Part shown: positions 1 to 15,140 of the stretch, piece after piece
Layout: the number at the start of each line of letters is the position of its first letter
Numbering within the stretch: position 1 is the stretch's first letter
Origin: Chrysomallon squamiferum
Lineage: Eukaryota; Animalia; Mollusca
Direction: 5' to 3'
Assembly: GCA_012295275.1 (NCBI GenBank)
Contig: CM022665.1
Span: forward strand, 4,402,001 to 4,466,000
Length of the DNA stretch: 64,000 nucleotides
The notes under the pieces: model-generated
The model's input: the letters and a program-made list of their open reading frames with translations, nothing else
Databases searched by the model: none
Told to the model about the DNA's origin: nothing
Program-made: the position numbers and the translations under genes

Positions 1-1770
1 ATACAATACATTTTTAAACAGCTAAAGATATTATCAGTTTGTGTCTATTTGAGAAAAGTTTACATTTCAATAAGTCTCATATGTACTGCTTGGATATTAA
101 GTCTAAACGTGTGGGTTCATCCCCTTGATCAACACAGATCAGAGGTGAGAGATGGTGGTGACGCAAAGAGGAGTATAAAGGCGAGTTGCATTGCTGGACA
201 CAAATGAAAGCAGTCAATACCTTCTTGCAGAAAATGTTATAGTTCACTTTATGGTAGGGGTTGCCATGCAGCTCTGTTTCAGAGGCTTGTTATAAGTCAT
301 ATATAAAATGATTAAAAATCAACGTTCCGTTTTTGCCGGCAATTAAAAATAAATGGTTGGGATTTTATCCGTTGGGGTTGTGTGTACAGCGGTTTTGTCC
401 GTTTTGGTTTTGGTCCTCGCATCTGGTTTGCACACATTTAGTTAGTTTAGTCTCGTAGAATATAAAACAGAGTCATAAAAAATACAAGTAACACGAGAAA
501 TGATATGTCACGACAACATGTATCGACAATTTTATTCAGCAAGTTTACGGAGGTCGTCGTTGTTCGCACAATCGCTAATTCTCTCACGTAAAAAAACAAA
601 AATACTAGTTACAGCGCAACTCTTTGTTCACAACGTCATGTCGACATCAGACACTTTGAACCGTTATTAACATACAGCATGAACTTTTCTTTCTTTTTTT
701 CACTGCTAAATATTACATGCCATTAACCAGCCGCTGTTCCTTGCCCGAAGTCGTCGACACCACTCCAGACGTAATCACTGACGTCTGGCTAAAGTTGGTG
801 CTCGGTCAAGACGTTCTCGCGTCGGACTCGATGGAGGTGATTTCTTGACAGTCGCGGGTCTCGCTTGTATTTTGTAAGTTGTTAAATTTGAGCAGCTTTG
901 AGCTGATCACTGCGTGGTGTCAAAGCGACCAAACGTCTGTCCCAGTGTCGAGTTGTTCTTTGTTTAACGTCTACGGCAGTCGCGACCAGCTTTCTGGAAG
1001 TGTTTTTCTAAGTGTGTAATTGCTATTTATTCTCGAAGTCTTTCACCTCAAGGCATCTCTGTGTTAAGTAATATGTCGTCTTCTCTAAATCGACACATTT
1101 GTTTTGTTAGGGGTTTTTTTTTTTTTTTCCCGATAATTAACGGACAGATAATTTCAAAGTTCCGATGTGCTCGTGAAATAAGACAAATAAGTATTCTGTT
1201 ATAGAATAATTTTAATTACAATATTACCTGTATTGTTAGCAACAACCACATTCACCGACTCACCAACACGCACACACACACACACACACACACGCACATT
1301 ACTGTCATTGAAAACATTTTTGTACATATATACGCTAATGTTACAAATATATTAATTTACAATTAAAATACAACGTAATTGAAATAGAACATACATCTAA
1401 GTAATTTGAAAGTAAATTTAATCTTACCGATACAAAAGGCACTTGTTACGCAGCACAAGAGAGCGATACCTGAAGAAGAGAGAGAGAGAAAAAATGACAG
1501 TCTTATAATTATGACAGTATGGATAATAACATTAACATCAACATTAATTATAATAATGATAATAATACAAAGTGTATATAAACACACACGCCAACACCCA
1601 CTCACGCACAAATAAAAAAGCTACTTATTAATTTTAGAGTGGGAAATAATAAATAGAAATCTGAAGTATTAGTTTCGACATTTTCATTTTACTGAGGAAA
1701 TGAGAAAAACTCCTTTCACTGAGGTCTGTTTATCTTGATTTTCTTTCTCGCATTATATTTTGTTTTTATA

Positions 1771-1805
<35 letters not shown>

Positions 1806-2118
1806 TGTCGTACATTTTCTGTTAATTATACGTTATGACAGTGAAGGATAAAGCTTGTTATAGTAAAATATCGCAAAAAAAAAAAACTGATGTAGCTAAA
1901 ATAATAGCTTCTCAAAAAAAAAAAAAACCCCAAAAAAATTATATAAAAAAATTAAAATTAAAAAATAATAAAAAGCAAAACTAATAAAAATAAAAATAAA
2001 AATAAATACTTAAAGCAAGAAAAAATAAATAAATAAAAGAAAGAATGAAAGCGCACTAACCCCCCCAAAAAAAAAAAAAAAAACAACGAATAAATCTTTT
2101 TTTAAATTTCACATTCAA

Positions 2119-2157
<39 letters not shown>

Positions 2158-2483
2158 AATAGTTGATGCTTATCAGTTGACAGAAATAATGAATTCTATT
2201 CCGTGTCGTTCATTTAGTATATACATATGTGGTTTGTTGATAAAATAAATACATTAATGGCAATTTCAGTTTCCGAAATATGTACACAGCGCTTTGTTTA
2301 GCGTCATTTATAAAGGACACAAACAACAGTTCTGTTTCTTTGGAGTGTATATGTATGCAGTGTAGATGATCAGTATCATAGTCTCTGTGTAAGTATTGGG
2401 GGCGATGGAGAGAAAGAAAGAGAGAGAGATGAAAAACAACAACAACAACATAAACAACAACAGCTGTTACAAAGAGAGAGCGG

Positions 2484-2487
<4 letters not shown>

Positions 2488-2579
<92 letters not shown>
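2488..2579. repeat. (AG)n microsatellite
   Basis: Pure AG run. Confidence 0.97.
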
Positions 2580-2581
<2 letters not shown>

Positions 2582-2753
2582 AACAATTCCGAAATAGTTA
2601 TTACCACAGAGGACTAATAAATTTTGTGATAAATATTAATACATTTTAATAAGAATAACATCGGAATCGTCTAGGCAACCAAATAACAATGCCGCAGGTA
2701 AACTGACGGCTGAATATATTGCTAGGAAAATTTGTACAAATAATCATGACGAT

Positions 2754-2784
<31 letters not shown>

Positions 2785-2980
2785 ATATTGCTATTGTCAG
2801 TAAAGAACAGACTGGACACAAACGTTAATGAAAACTATTTGTTACTATGTTTGATTTTAATCTTTTAGTGGGTGTAAATTTTGTTGAGTAAATCCAAGCG
2901 TGAGGAGCAGCTGAATACATTAAATAAATTTTAGTAATATATTTTAAGTACGTAAAACAGAGGTAATAGGTACCTTTCAC

Positions 2981-3042
<62 letters not shown>

Positions 3043-3706
3043 AGAAACCTACAAACTACGTACGTGTGTTGAGATACAGATATCCCCATACACAACCATA
3101 CTATAAACCATCCCAGTGAAATTCAAATGAATAATTAATTCTGTATGCCGTTCTGTAGACGTTTATTGATTTATCTTTTTTATAAAACGTGTTTTAATTC
3201 GCAATTCTTACGGTTAACTGGTTACTTTATAATCTGGCGTTTTAATGTTGACTTTATAGAGAATTCGCCGAGCATGTATCCATTAAAATGTACTAATCTA
3301 TTTTTATCTGTGCTGGATAAATCTCTCATTAAAATAGCTATTGTCAAAATCCAGTTACAAATTTGATAAGCAAAGGGAGATCACTTATACGCGTCATGTG
3401 ACTTCTGGCGCTCTTTCATAAAAGGCGGTCATTCAACTGATCGAAACGGAACAATAAATAACGATTATCTGCCAAAAGCATTTACCTTTTTGTGTAAGTT
3501 AAGAGATAATAAAAAACAGTGTTTAATTCAAACGTTTGAACCAAAAGTTTAGCCAGTTTAATACTAAAGAAAAACAAGTGACAAAACAGCATAGTTTTAT
3601 GAAATTAATATTTTACGATACTTTTAATGAGTAAAAAAAAAAAAAATAATGGGGTCGTTCACCTTTCCTTTGCAGATTTTTAAAGAAATATTAACTAACT
3701 AACTAA

Positions 3707-3740
<34 letters not shown>

Positions 3741-4055
3741 GGGTGAGGGATGATATAAAATAATAATTTGTTAATAAAATTCAAATTTTGAAGAAGAGAT
3801 GTGGGTCATGGTTTTTAGAATAAGAAATATTTTATTCCAACTACGTCATTAATATTGTTTCGTAGTTTTTAGCAGTGTTAAAATATTTACGAAGTTTATA
3901 CAACAGTTCGTGAAGCGACACATCAGCAAAAATCACATCAGTACAAAAGAACAATGCAAACAAAATGTATTTCTTTTTTTATCTTTTGATTGGCAAAATC
4001 ATAATAATTTTAAAAAATTATGATTTTAATTGGAATAATATTGAAATAATAGTCA

Positions 4056-4096
<41 letters not shown>

Positions 4097-4739
4097 ATAA
4101 TAATAATAATAATAATAGCAGTAGTAGTAGTTGTAGTGATAGCAGTAGTAATAATAATATTTATGATAATAATAATATTAATAATAATAAGTTATATGTT
4201 AAAATACAGGCACATACACATACATACAGACATATAAAGTATATCAGCTTATTTGAATTCTTTGCACTGTTCTAATCCCTGGTATTAGTGAAACTCTCTC
4301 GCACTGTAATTAAATAGTAATGAACTAACAGCATATTGTAACTGCATATCACCCAAGCGGTTACTACAATTGTTTTGTTGCTACAACAAACTCCCAAAGC
4401 TGTATAAAGCACACATTTCAACTGCAAAGATTCGTAAGCACCACATGCAATGTAATCGTTACGAATTTTGGTATCTTTTTAAAAATAATTCTCCGTGGAC
4501 ATTTCACAAAGGTGATATGTTTTTATATAATTTTATAAGTTAATCCAATTTGACAGCAAAATGCAATGGTAGATCTGTTGTAATGGGATGTCTGATGCAG
4601 TGGTTTGGTAATGAAAACTATTTAAGTCTCAATGCATCTGTTATCTTTGTAAATCTAAGGCTTAGAGAGTGTGGCTTTTGCTGCTTTAGGAAATTTGAAT
4701 TATTTCCTATTTCAGCCACCACTCCACGACATATACCTA

Positions 4740-4888
<149 letters not shown>

Positions 4889-6289
4889 TTCCATCTAGCT
4901 ACCTGTTTATCTGCATATTTCTCTCTATCTACCTTTCAGCATAGATACACACATTCGTACATATATGTATATTTTCGTTTATACATATAGCAAACATATA
5001 TATATATATACACACACACACACTTACATATATACACATTTAGATACATACATACATACATACATATATATACATATATATACACACACACATATATATA
5101 CACACACACACACACAGACAGACACTGAGTGCGGGCGAATGGATGCCATACGTTCGAGTCTTTGTTATCCTGTGCCAGTGCGTTCCCGAATATTGTCTAT
5201 GTGTAGAGTCTAATCAGACGTAGATAAGTCCTAAAATACATGAACACACACACATATATACATACATACATAAATACATACACATACATAAATACATACA
5301 TACATACATTCATACATACATACATACATACATACATTCATATGTAATACAAAATATTATCACATGAGTAATGCACTGAAAACAATAGCTTTCACGTAAC
5401 AATAGAATAAATGTGAAACGAGAATGTGTTTAAAATAGAACATATTTTGTACCAACGTAACACACGTATAGCAGAAGAAGCATCTGAACGGAATTAATCA
5501 CTTTAAATGAATATCTTATAGTTTATAATCGACAAACTCAAATATTATTAACATATTTCATCTTCAACCTTATCATTTAGTAATGGAAACACCAATCTAG
5601 AAATGAGGAATGATTCGGATCAAGACAGTGAAGCCAAGTTTGATTCTTAAAAATACGTGACTTCCTTTTTTTTTCTTTTTTTTTTTTTTTTTATCTAAAC
5701 TTGAAAAAAAATCTTAACAGACCTGAATGAATGAATATAAATTAATTTGTCTGCATATTTCTGTTCATTTCAACGGTTATTGACTTTCTCTGCGTGGTCA
5801 AAAATGGTTGAAAAAAAAAAAATAAGGAAGTTTGAAAGGAATTTCTGTTCTTTTTTTTTTTGACTGAAATGTCAGAATTTATTTTTTTATAAAGAAGACA
5901 GATGCAGCTGTTATTTCAAATGTGTTTAGATCAATATTCGAAAATGAATATTAAAGAGTATTTTATTTAAAATAGGTTTTTTTACGTTTCTTTTATAAGC
6001 TTTTAAACTTTTTTTCATTTAGTTTACCTTCATGAAATACTGTTCTATTTTATTTTTTATTTTTTTATTTTTTTTTTTTTTTGTGGTTTTTTATTTTTTT
6101 ATGCTTTTGCTTCATTTAGGCAATTTTTTAGAATTAAAGTAATTTTTTTTCTTTATAAAACTTTTTATACCATTATTGAAAAAGATTTATAACTACAATA
6201 ATATTTTACGAAACATTCAAGCAGAACTTAAATCTCAGTATATGTCGTTACTCAGTGTCACACCCACACACACTTGAGATTTCAAGACA

Positions 6290-6965
6290 ATATCAATATC
6301 TAACTATTCCGCATACGAAGTATATTAAGCAATTTTAGTGATCTTAACATTTCCAAATAACTGTATTATCTTATTACACACTAGTTCTCAATGTTTCCAC
6401 ATGCACTGATGTTTTGTCTTTCGTCAAACATCACAACTCAACATTACCACATAAACTGATGTTTCGTCCGTCTTCAAACATCACAACTCAACATTTCCAC
6501 ATACCAATATTTATCTTTTCGAAATACAGCAACATTCAGCATTCCCACATAATCGGTTATTTTCTTTCCTTATATGACAACATTTTCACATTTACCAGTA
6601 TTTATGTTTTTCTCACACACCAGCACTGAACAGTCAACATTTCCACATATACTAGTGTTTTTTCTCACACGTGAACATTCAACATTTCCACATATACTAG
6701 TGTTTTTCTCACACGTGAACATTCAACATTTCCACATATACTAGTGTTTTTCTCACACGTGAACATTCAACATTTGCACATATACTAGTGTTTTTCTCAA
6801 ACATTCAACATTTGCACATATACTAGTGTTTTTCTCACACGTGAACATTCAACATTTCCACATATACTAGTGTTTTTCTCACACGTGAACATTCAACATT
6901 TCCACATATACTCATGCAACATTTCCACATATACTAATGTTTTTTTCTCACACGTGAAAAGTCAA
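6290..6965. repeat. 44-bp minisatellite
   Basis: Unit GTGAACATTCAACATTTCCACATATACTAGTGTTTTTCTCACAC starts at 6671, 6715, 6759 and onward. Copies are near-identical from about 6625 to 6960 and increasingly degenerate to the left. Confidence 0.9.
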
Positions 6966-7171
6966 CACTAAACATTGCCTACACTTAACAACATATTACA
7001 TTAAAAAGGTAAACGGCAAACACGTCTGTGATTGTGCAACGTACAGGAATATTAATCTGTGATTATTTACAAATTAACCCTTCAAGGAAATCATATCTTT
7101 TTGATTCAATAAGCGAAAATAACAAGATTAATTCTTAAACAAATTCATACTCGGTTCCTTTGATACAAAAA

Positions 7172-7226
<55 letters not shown>

Positions 7227-10200
7227 ATAAGAAAAAAAAAAAAAAAGGTAATAGTATCATTCATTGAAATGTTCAAGATATATTTAATCATTTTCTTTTC
7301 TTGTTTTTATTAATTCGTGGCACATTAGTTTTAGTTTACATCTCTGTCAAATACAGTCTTCTTAGGTATTGCAGCTGTTGACAGAAAGAAGAAAATCCAT
7401 TTAGTAGCCGAGAAAACCGATCCCAAATATTTACTTACACGCTTACGTTTCGTAATCGGAAGGTATTTGATTACAGCTGAGCGTTTATTGGTTTCGGGTT
7501 TTCGATCTTTTTCGCTTTGTTTGTATTATTCTTTTGTTGATTTGTTTTGTTGGTTTTTTTTTTTTTAATTTGTAATGGACACACATATATATATTTCCCA
7601 GTTTTGGTGTTATTTTCCTTTTCCGAAAATAAAGTTTAATTACGTTATTTACAAATATAATTTTTAGCTTTGATAATTATTGACGATCGTGATTTGGCTC
7701 TGTGGCGAAGACTTTGGCCTCGGGCATGAATGATAACAGGATCAATTATCCTTGGTGCAACTACAGAGATATTTCTTGTTCCAGCACGTCATCAATAACA
7801 TATCAAAAGCAGTGGTATTTGAATGGTTGGGTACAATTAAACCCGTTTAAAAAAAAAAAAATAAAAAATTAATAAATAATATATATGAAGGATCCAAATT
7901 CAAGGACGAAAAAAACCCCAAATATTAATAGACAAGAAACAAATGGAAACAAACAAACAGAAGGATAGGTAGAAAGGTAAAAACAACAACAAATGACTCT
8001 TGAAAATCGAATACTATTTCAGGCAAATGGATTTTAACGAGAAGGTTATAAGAGGAAATTGTGGCAAATTTCAAATCAGAAACTTGAATGTTTAGGATAG
8101 TTACAGAGTATGTTTTCGAAAAAAAATATTTTAAATACAAGATCTTACTGAAATTCGCTGAAAGTTCAAAACAACACACTTATTTGAGAAAGAAAAGTGT
8201 CTAAATAGAATGGATATTTCATTTCCGCTGTATATTTTGAAAAGATTATATTCTCCTTTTAAAGAAAAAAATTAACACGAAAACAAATTGTCTTTAAATC
8301 GCTGGATCTGTTTGGTTTTGTATTGTTTCGTTTCCTGTCACTTAGATCTGATTGAGGGATGTTGTTATTTTTACATGCGGTGAAGATACAATAAAATGTA
8401 TTTGACTAAAAGCTGATAAGAAACGAAATAAACGACGCTAAATTGTTTAACTTTACGGAAAAAACTCAAACATTAAGGGATAAATTATGTTTTCAGAAAA
8501 TTATTGTAAATCTGTATATAAATATCACCAGATCAGGAAGGATTCAGTACTAAACGTGCATGGGTAACTAAACATTGTCTACATCGATAACGAATCATTG
8601 TACATATTTTGTTCCATCGTTATTAACGATTTATTGTTGTCTGAAAATCATACTGATTTTTGCAATAACGATTAACGACTTTCTCGATGTTTTTTTTTTT
8701 TTTTTTTAACCACCCCCAGATCCTTTCGTTTCAACGCAAACTGTGTCAGTGTTCAAACAAGGTAACTACGGCGACATCAACGACAACAGCTGCGACGGCA
8801 ACCACAATTTCACTGTACACCTAGAGAACACACACACACACACACATACACACACACACACAGTGATTACAGAATGTCAGTGAAGAAAGCGTGAAGCAGC
8901 ACTTATCAGCTGGGCGGTGAGTCCATTAGCGGTGTTGTGTGTGACAACTGTTTTCTGAATGGTGAAAATGTTTGCGGTATTGTTTATTTACGTGATCCCA
9001 ATCTTCAATCTAGATGAACGATTAAGCAAAGCTGCTGAACTAAATACAATTCCGCTCTTTAAAAAATTGTTTATCGATTCAGTGATTCCGGTAATACTTT
9101 CTTTTTTTTTTTTTTTTTTCCTCGCAGGCATTTAATGAATCAATGGAATCGAAGAAGAACAAAATGCATCCTTTTATATCAAGATTAATTTTTATTGGTT
9201 GAAAATAGCGAAAGATTTCCTGCAACCGAAGATTCATAGAGTTCTTTCTATTGTGGTTGTGAAAAGACTTGAAACCGGCGTAGCAGACGAAACAAAAGAC
9301 TTTGGTCTTGTTGTGGAAACACCATCTCTAAGCGTTGTGATTGCTAAAAAGCATAATACGAAGCGGAACATTTCACTTTTGTTTTTCACAATTTTTGTCG
9401 AAACCTAAGCAAGCGTGAAAATTTAAAGTTCCGATGTCCGTTTTATTAAGCGGTCATTAAGCTTACTTTCCCTAACTTTGCTGTTTTATTCACCAACGTT
9501 ACTCGCTTCCATAGTTAACGTTTATCGAAAAAAAAAAAAAACCTTTCGATTTTAACGATGTGATGTCAATCGATATGACGTAGAGTTTATCGAGGCTTAA
9601 CGATTAAAGCTAATATAAATAAAATATAAGTATTTTTCAGCTTAGTTTACATAATAATTATTTGAGAATATTTCATTATGAACAAAAACGACGATCCAAA
9701 CAAACAAAAATCAAGTAACTGTGGATAACTGTGGATAACTGTTTGTATGTGTGTGCATGTATATAATATTATCTATATGCGTGTTTGTGTGTGTGTGTGT
9801 GTGTGTAAAAGCATTTTAAAATATTTATTAACAGATCTGATTGTGTAGTTTAGTTTCATGTATGGCTATTCAAAACTTTTTAATCAGGATATGAGTACTA
9901 ACATACAAACTAGGATGTTTAGCTATAAATAATAAATATGAGCAACAAACAAACATGCTTACAAAAACGTAAAAAAACCCCCACCTATTTATTTTAGTAT
10001 AAATATTTAAAACAAACAAACAAACAAACGGTCAAACAATACAACAAAAGAAAAAATACACAGAAAAACAAGAGAGACATGACGTTCTAAAGAAATAAAA
10101 ATCAATTTATCGGTCATTGTCTATACTGTGGCGGCCTATTGTAAGAAACATATGTTAACCCCAGATGAATTTGTGGACAGACCGATCATTTTAGCTAATT

Positions 10201-11121
10201 GCTTTTAACAAAAAGCTTCGGAAAGAAACCTGAGACCAATGTCAAATCAACTGTATCGATTGTGTCAGCCAAATTGGAGATTAAATCTTCGAGAACGAAA
10301 GGAAATGCCAAAATGCCATCACGATTCATTCGTGTAATTTGCCAGCTTTTTTGCCTTTTGTACCTGTACAAAAACTGCTATTGAAAACTGCATAAATAGT
10401 TAATAGGTATCCGTTTGGGAAGTAAAACGGAAATGTGAAATGGTGAATGGAAAGAAAAAACAAATATTCTGTTATGTTTGTGGTTTTCAGTCCGTTTCAA
10501 CACAGATAAAAACAAAGACAGATAAAGTGCATATATACAGTAACTGAAACACATATAAATATGTATATACATATACACATTTGTTGCGAGGTAAATAAAC
10601 CATATATGCAACTCTAACATATTCATGTAAACATGCAATGGAGTTATGAGATCCCAAATTCAATTAATATTTCAAGTATTTTTCTCTACATACGTTTTAC
10701 AAAAAAATCCAACATAAAAAGAATATAGCTATGAAGTTTCGAAACACCAAATTCAATTAATATTGGAAAAAAAAAATCTGTCTATATATTTACAAAACTA
10801 TATAAAACGAACAGATTTTCAGATATCCAAATTCAATTATTATTTTCTTTTTACTTTGGTTTTCTTTTCTTTTTTATATATATATTAAAATCACAATGAA
10901 ATTGAATTACCCTATGTAACAAAAAAAAAAAAAAAAAAAAAAAAAATGTATATAATCATCCTGTTTGTGATAACAAAGGATCTGTCATATATACATTTTT
11001 TTAGAGAAAAGAAAAGATATGTTATGGCCTTTGTAGGCACAGATTAGATGAAAAAACCCAGAAAAAACATAGCAGTCTTGGGAATTAATTAGTACGTTTG
11101 ATGATGGTGGTTATCGTGATT

Positions 11122-11163
<42 letters not shown>

Positions 11164-11490
11164 ATAGTAGTAGTAATAGTAGTAGTAATAGTAGCTGTAA
11201 TATTAATGAATTGGTGGTGATTATTTTAATAACTGTGCTAGTATTCGTATGAATAATAGTCGAGTTAGTACTAGTAGAAGTAAAGTAATAGTAGTAGTAG
11301 TAGAAGGTGTTGTTGTAGTAATAATAGTAATAGTCTTAATAGTGGTGCTAGTATCAGTAACGTTGGTGTTAGTAGTGTATGCAGTAGCAGTAGTAGTAAT
11401 AGTAACAATAACGTGGATTAATGATATCAGAAGTAGCCATGTTACTAGCAGCAGCAGCAGCAGCAGTAGTTTTTGGAAGTAGCAGTAGTA
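11122..11490. repeat. (GTA)n-derived degenerate trinucleotide tract
   Basis: GTA/ATA/GCA runs. Confidence 0.85.
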
Positions 11491-12311
11491 ATGAAGCAAT
11501 ACGTGATAGTGGAAATAACAATAACAATGTTTTACTTTTTTATTTTTTGTTTTAATAATTAATTTATTAAAAATGCATTAATTAATTCTACTTATTTTAA
11601 TGATTTTATTTTGTTATTATACTCTAGTAATTCACACATAAATACACACGTATAAATCTCGATCCATTCCCTAGAACGATTAATAATAAATCACACTGAC
11701 AGATCAACACAAAGAATTCCTACAGTTCAAAATGTTCCATTGATTGGCAGCTTTAATTCCTTTCATACAGCATTTGAAATGATCAATATGAAACAAAATT
11801 CACCTGACCATAAAAAAAAAATATATATATATATTTTATTGCTTTAAATGTAGCCAAGGAATTTTAATAGATTTATGTACAGTTCTTTTCAGTTCTTCAG
11901 CAGAAAAAGAATAAAAATGTTTGAGGTTCTTTCTAATCGAAGCTGCACACAGCTGTACTTAACAACAAGGAGAATAACAAAAGCAGCATATGCAATAAAA
12001 TGGACAACCTTGCTGTCATTTTGGAAGAAAATGTAGCTTTTAAATAATATTCCTTTCAATGTAAAAATATAACAAAGTGATGATAAAAGGTGTACTTAAA
12101 TGTCCGAGACAGGAACGAAAATAAAAACAAATAATGTATATACCTTATGTATATACTGCATGGTCATAATAAATATATTACTATTTAAATCATTACATGG
12201 TTTAAGAATTATTATGTTGTACTAATGCTCGAATCTTAGTAAATATACACATCCTGGTATGCCCAAAGAGAGGGAGAGAGAGAAGGAGAGTGGGACATAC
12301 ACACATACGAA

Positions 12312-12319
12312 CACACACA

Positions 12320-12404
<85 letters not shown>
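12312..12404. repeat. (CA)n-(AG)n compound microsatellite
   Basis: Directly visible in the sequence. Confidence 0.95.
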
Positions 12405-12407
<3 letters not shown>

Positions 12408-14265
12408 TAACGGAAGTATGTGTGTTTTTTGACGTCATTAATTGAAAGTGAGTAGCAATGAGTTGCATTTACCAAAACTTAAATAATTAATTTATCGGTA
12501 CAGTTATAATTTACAATATGTTGTATTTTATAATTTTTAACTTAAAACATCTAATTTAGTTCTGAAGTTCACACGTAAAATGCTTTTAACGGTACGGATA
12601 ACGAGATATTTATGTTGGTAAATACGTGGACATTAATCAGTGTATGTTGTGTTTGCCCCTTGTTTGCGAACCTCGGTTAACCACTGGTTTCCGTACTTTC
12701 CATGAAATAAGACATTATCCCAGGTGAACGATTATCGATCATCAGCTGCTTTGTGTACTCTTTCGAATAAAGCAATTAAAGACGGCAACTCTGTGCTACT
12801 GTGTATGCGTGCAAGCGTGCATGCGTGTATGCGTGCGTGCATCTAAACACGTCTGTGTTTACGAGTAATGAAGGTGATGATGTGAATGGTAACTAAAGAT
12901 GACAATGATCAGCTTTTCAAGACTTAGTCGCTGCAGACAAGACCGAAATAACACAACGATATATTTTTCTGTTGATATGAACTTATTTGAGTTGCCCAAC
13001 ACATATTAAAGAGCTTTCTCGGATATATCGTTTACGGCAAACCATTAACGGAACAAAACGAAATGAAATTCTTTCTGTCGTGCACACTCATAATTATCAG
13101 CTAGGGCGTTCAGAGGCACTTTGGCCATTAAACAGAAAGAACGTAGGAACAGTTTTAAAATAAAAGGTAAATGACGATACTGTTTTTGTAACAAATAACA
13201 ATACTTAGCAGATTTAAGTGAACCAACGGTCGGAATAATGGAAACATTTTATGATGTATACACTGGAATATTTTGTCCTGGTAATAATACATTATTGACG
13301 AAGATTCAAGCATTAAGTAAAATGCATTTATACGATTTTACTAAGTGCTTTGTTTATGTGGCAGGAAACGGGTTATTTCCTATTCTCTCTTTCTCTCTCT
13401 CTGACAGGCTAAATAAGTGATAAATAAATAAATACTTTTTCATAGCATTAATGCCAGTTACGACACTCCGTCATGATGAATATTGCTACTCATACAAGAT
13501 TTGCGTTTTAGTGTTAAGTCCTTCTATTATTATTATTGTTATTGTTTTACATGAGTAATAGTTCTGACGTGGAGGAATGAAAATGACACTTATTCAGAAA
13601 TAACTTATTTTATTTTATTTTATTTTATTTTATTTTGTTGCATTTTTCTGTGTAAAATATTATCTTCTGGGAGTGTGTAGAAGAACCAACAAAGAAACGA
13701 AAGAAGCAACCAAACCAAACAAACCAAAGTAACCAAGCAAAATAAAAAAACCCAACATAGATGATCATCTCAGATGAAACTACAGGTATAAAAAAAATAA
13801 ATAAGAAGCCACAGTTATATAATGTCCTGACCAATAATCTTGAGTTTTATAAAGCTATGCATATATATATATAGATAGATATATATTCTACACGTTGTAT
13901 CATGTTCACATTTTATCTTGCAGTTGTTTCTTTTGTTCTCAGTACGTGAATGTACTTTTTTTTTCTATAAGTACAAATTAATTTTGAAATCTCTGATCAT
14001 TTCGTCCAAACTTCAATCAAACCTGATTATCGTTGCTTTCAGTATATTCAGACTGACTACAGATGTAAATGCACGAGAAGTTTTGTATTATTAGAAATAG
14101 TCGAAGTAGTTAATCCGCTTTTGTTTTCTGTGCATCGATTCACTGATGTATTTAACAGTTGTTAGGGGCTATTTCAGAACGAATGCATTAAACTGAAGAT
14201 AATTAGTAAAAAAGTTAATATTTTAATACGATATTAATGGAATTCTAAGTAAACTGTTTTCAAGC

Positions 14266-14745
14266 ATGATGATGATGATGATGATGATATTAATAATAAT
14301 AATAATGATTATTTTTTTTGTTAAAGTTGTTATGATGATGTTTATTAGTTATTTTGGATTCAAATTCATTTATTCACCATCGTCAGCGGCAACATTAACA
14401 ACGACAATGATGATATCGATGACGACGACGATGATGATGATAATAATTAGAAGGAGAAAAGAAAGAACTGCAACTACTGATATCACCACAACCACCACCA
14501 CTACCACTACTACTACTTCTACTACTACTGTTAATATTACTTCTAGTATTACTACTACTATTAATATTACTTCTAGTATTACTACTTCTTCTACTGCTAC
14601 TACTACTACTACCACCACCACCACCACCACTACGGCAACTGCCACTACCGCTACCACTAACACTGCTATTACTTTAACAACCACAATAACCAGAGTAAAA
14701 AACACAACACCACCAACAACAACAACAACAGCAACAACAACAACA
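14266..14745. repeat. mixed trinucleotide low-complexity tract (ATG, ACT, ACC, ACA)
   Basis: Directly visible; explains the poly-Thr and poly-Val ORFs in the track. Confidence 0.85.
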
Positions 14746-15076
14746 TCCATTGCAACCAGCGTTAAGCTATTGGCGTTGTACTTTAAACCGTCCGGCTTGC
14801 GAAGCTGTAAACATATCCATTAAAACTAACAGACACAATGAGTTTATTAGCGTTAATGTGTAAGGTATTGTCCTACTGCAGAAGGTAATGTCCGCAGGTC
14901 AGAATGATTTACATGCCAATTACCAATCATAAAGAATGCAATAAGCCGGCTAAGCATTTGTATAAATAATACAATGAATATAAATCCTTTTTGTGGTTTA
15001 GCCGTTTCCGAATTTGAATGAATACAGAAATAAGTCTACTGAGTATAGATCTATGTACACAATGCTTGTGTGTGTG

Positions 15077-15140
<64 letters not shown>

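Noticed and set aside
6625-6965. Regular repeats that could suggest a CRISPR array
   Set aside because: Head-to-tail units without unique spacers, eukaryotic context, and no cas genes.
14266-14823. 185-aa ORF with hydrophobic N-terminus and poly-Thr, mucin-like
   Set aside because: It is built from trinucleotide SSRs that are open on both strands, with no splice or domain support.
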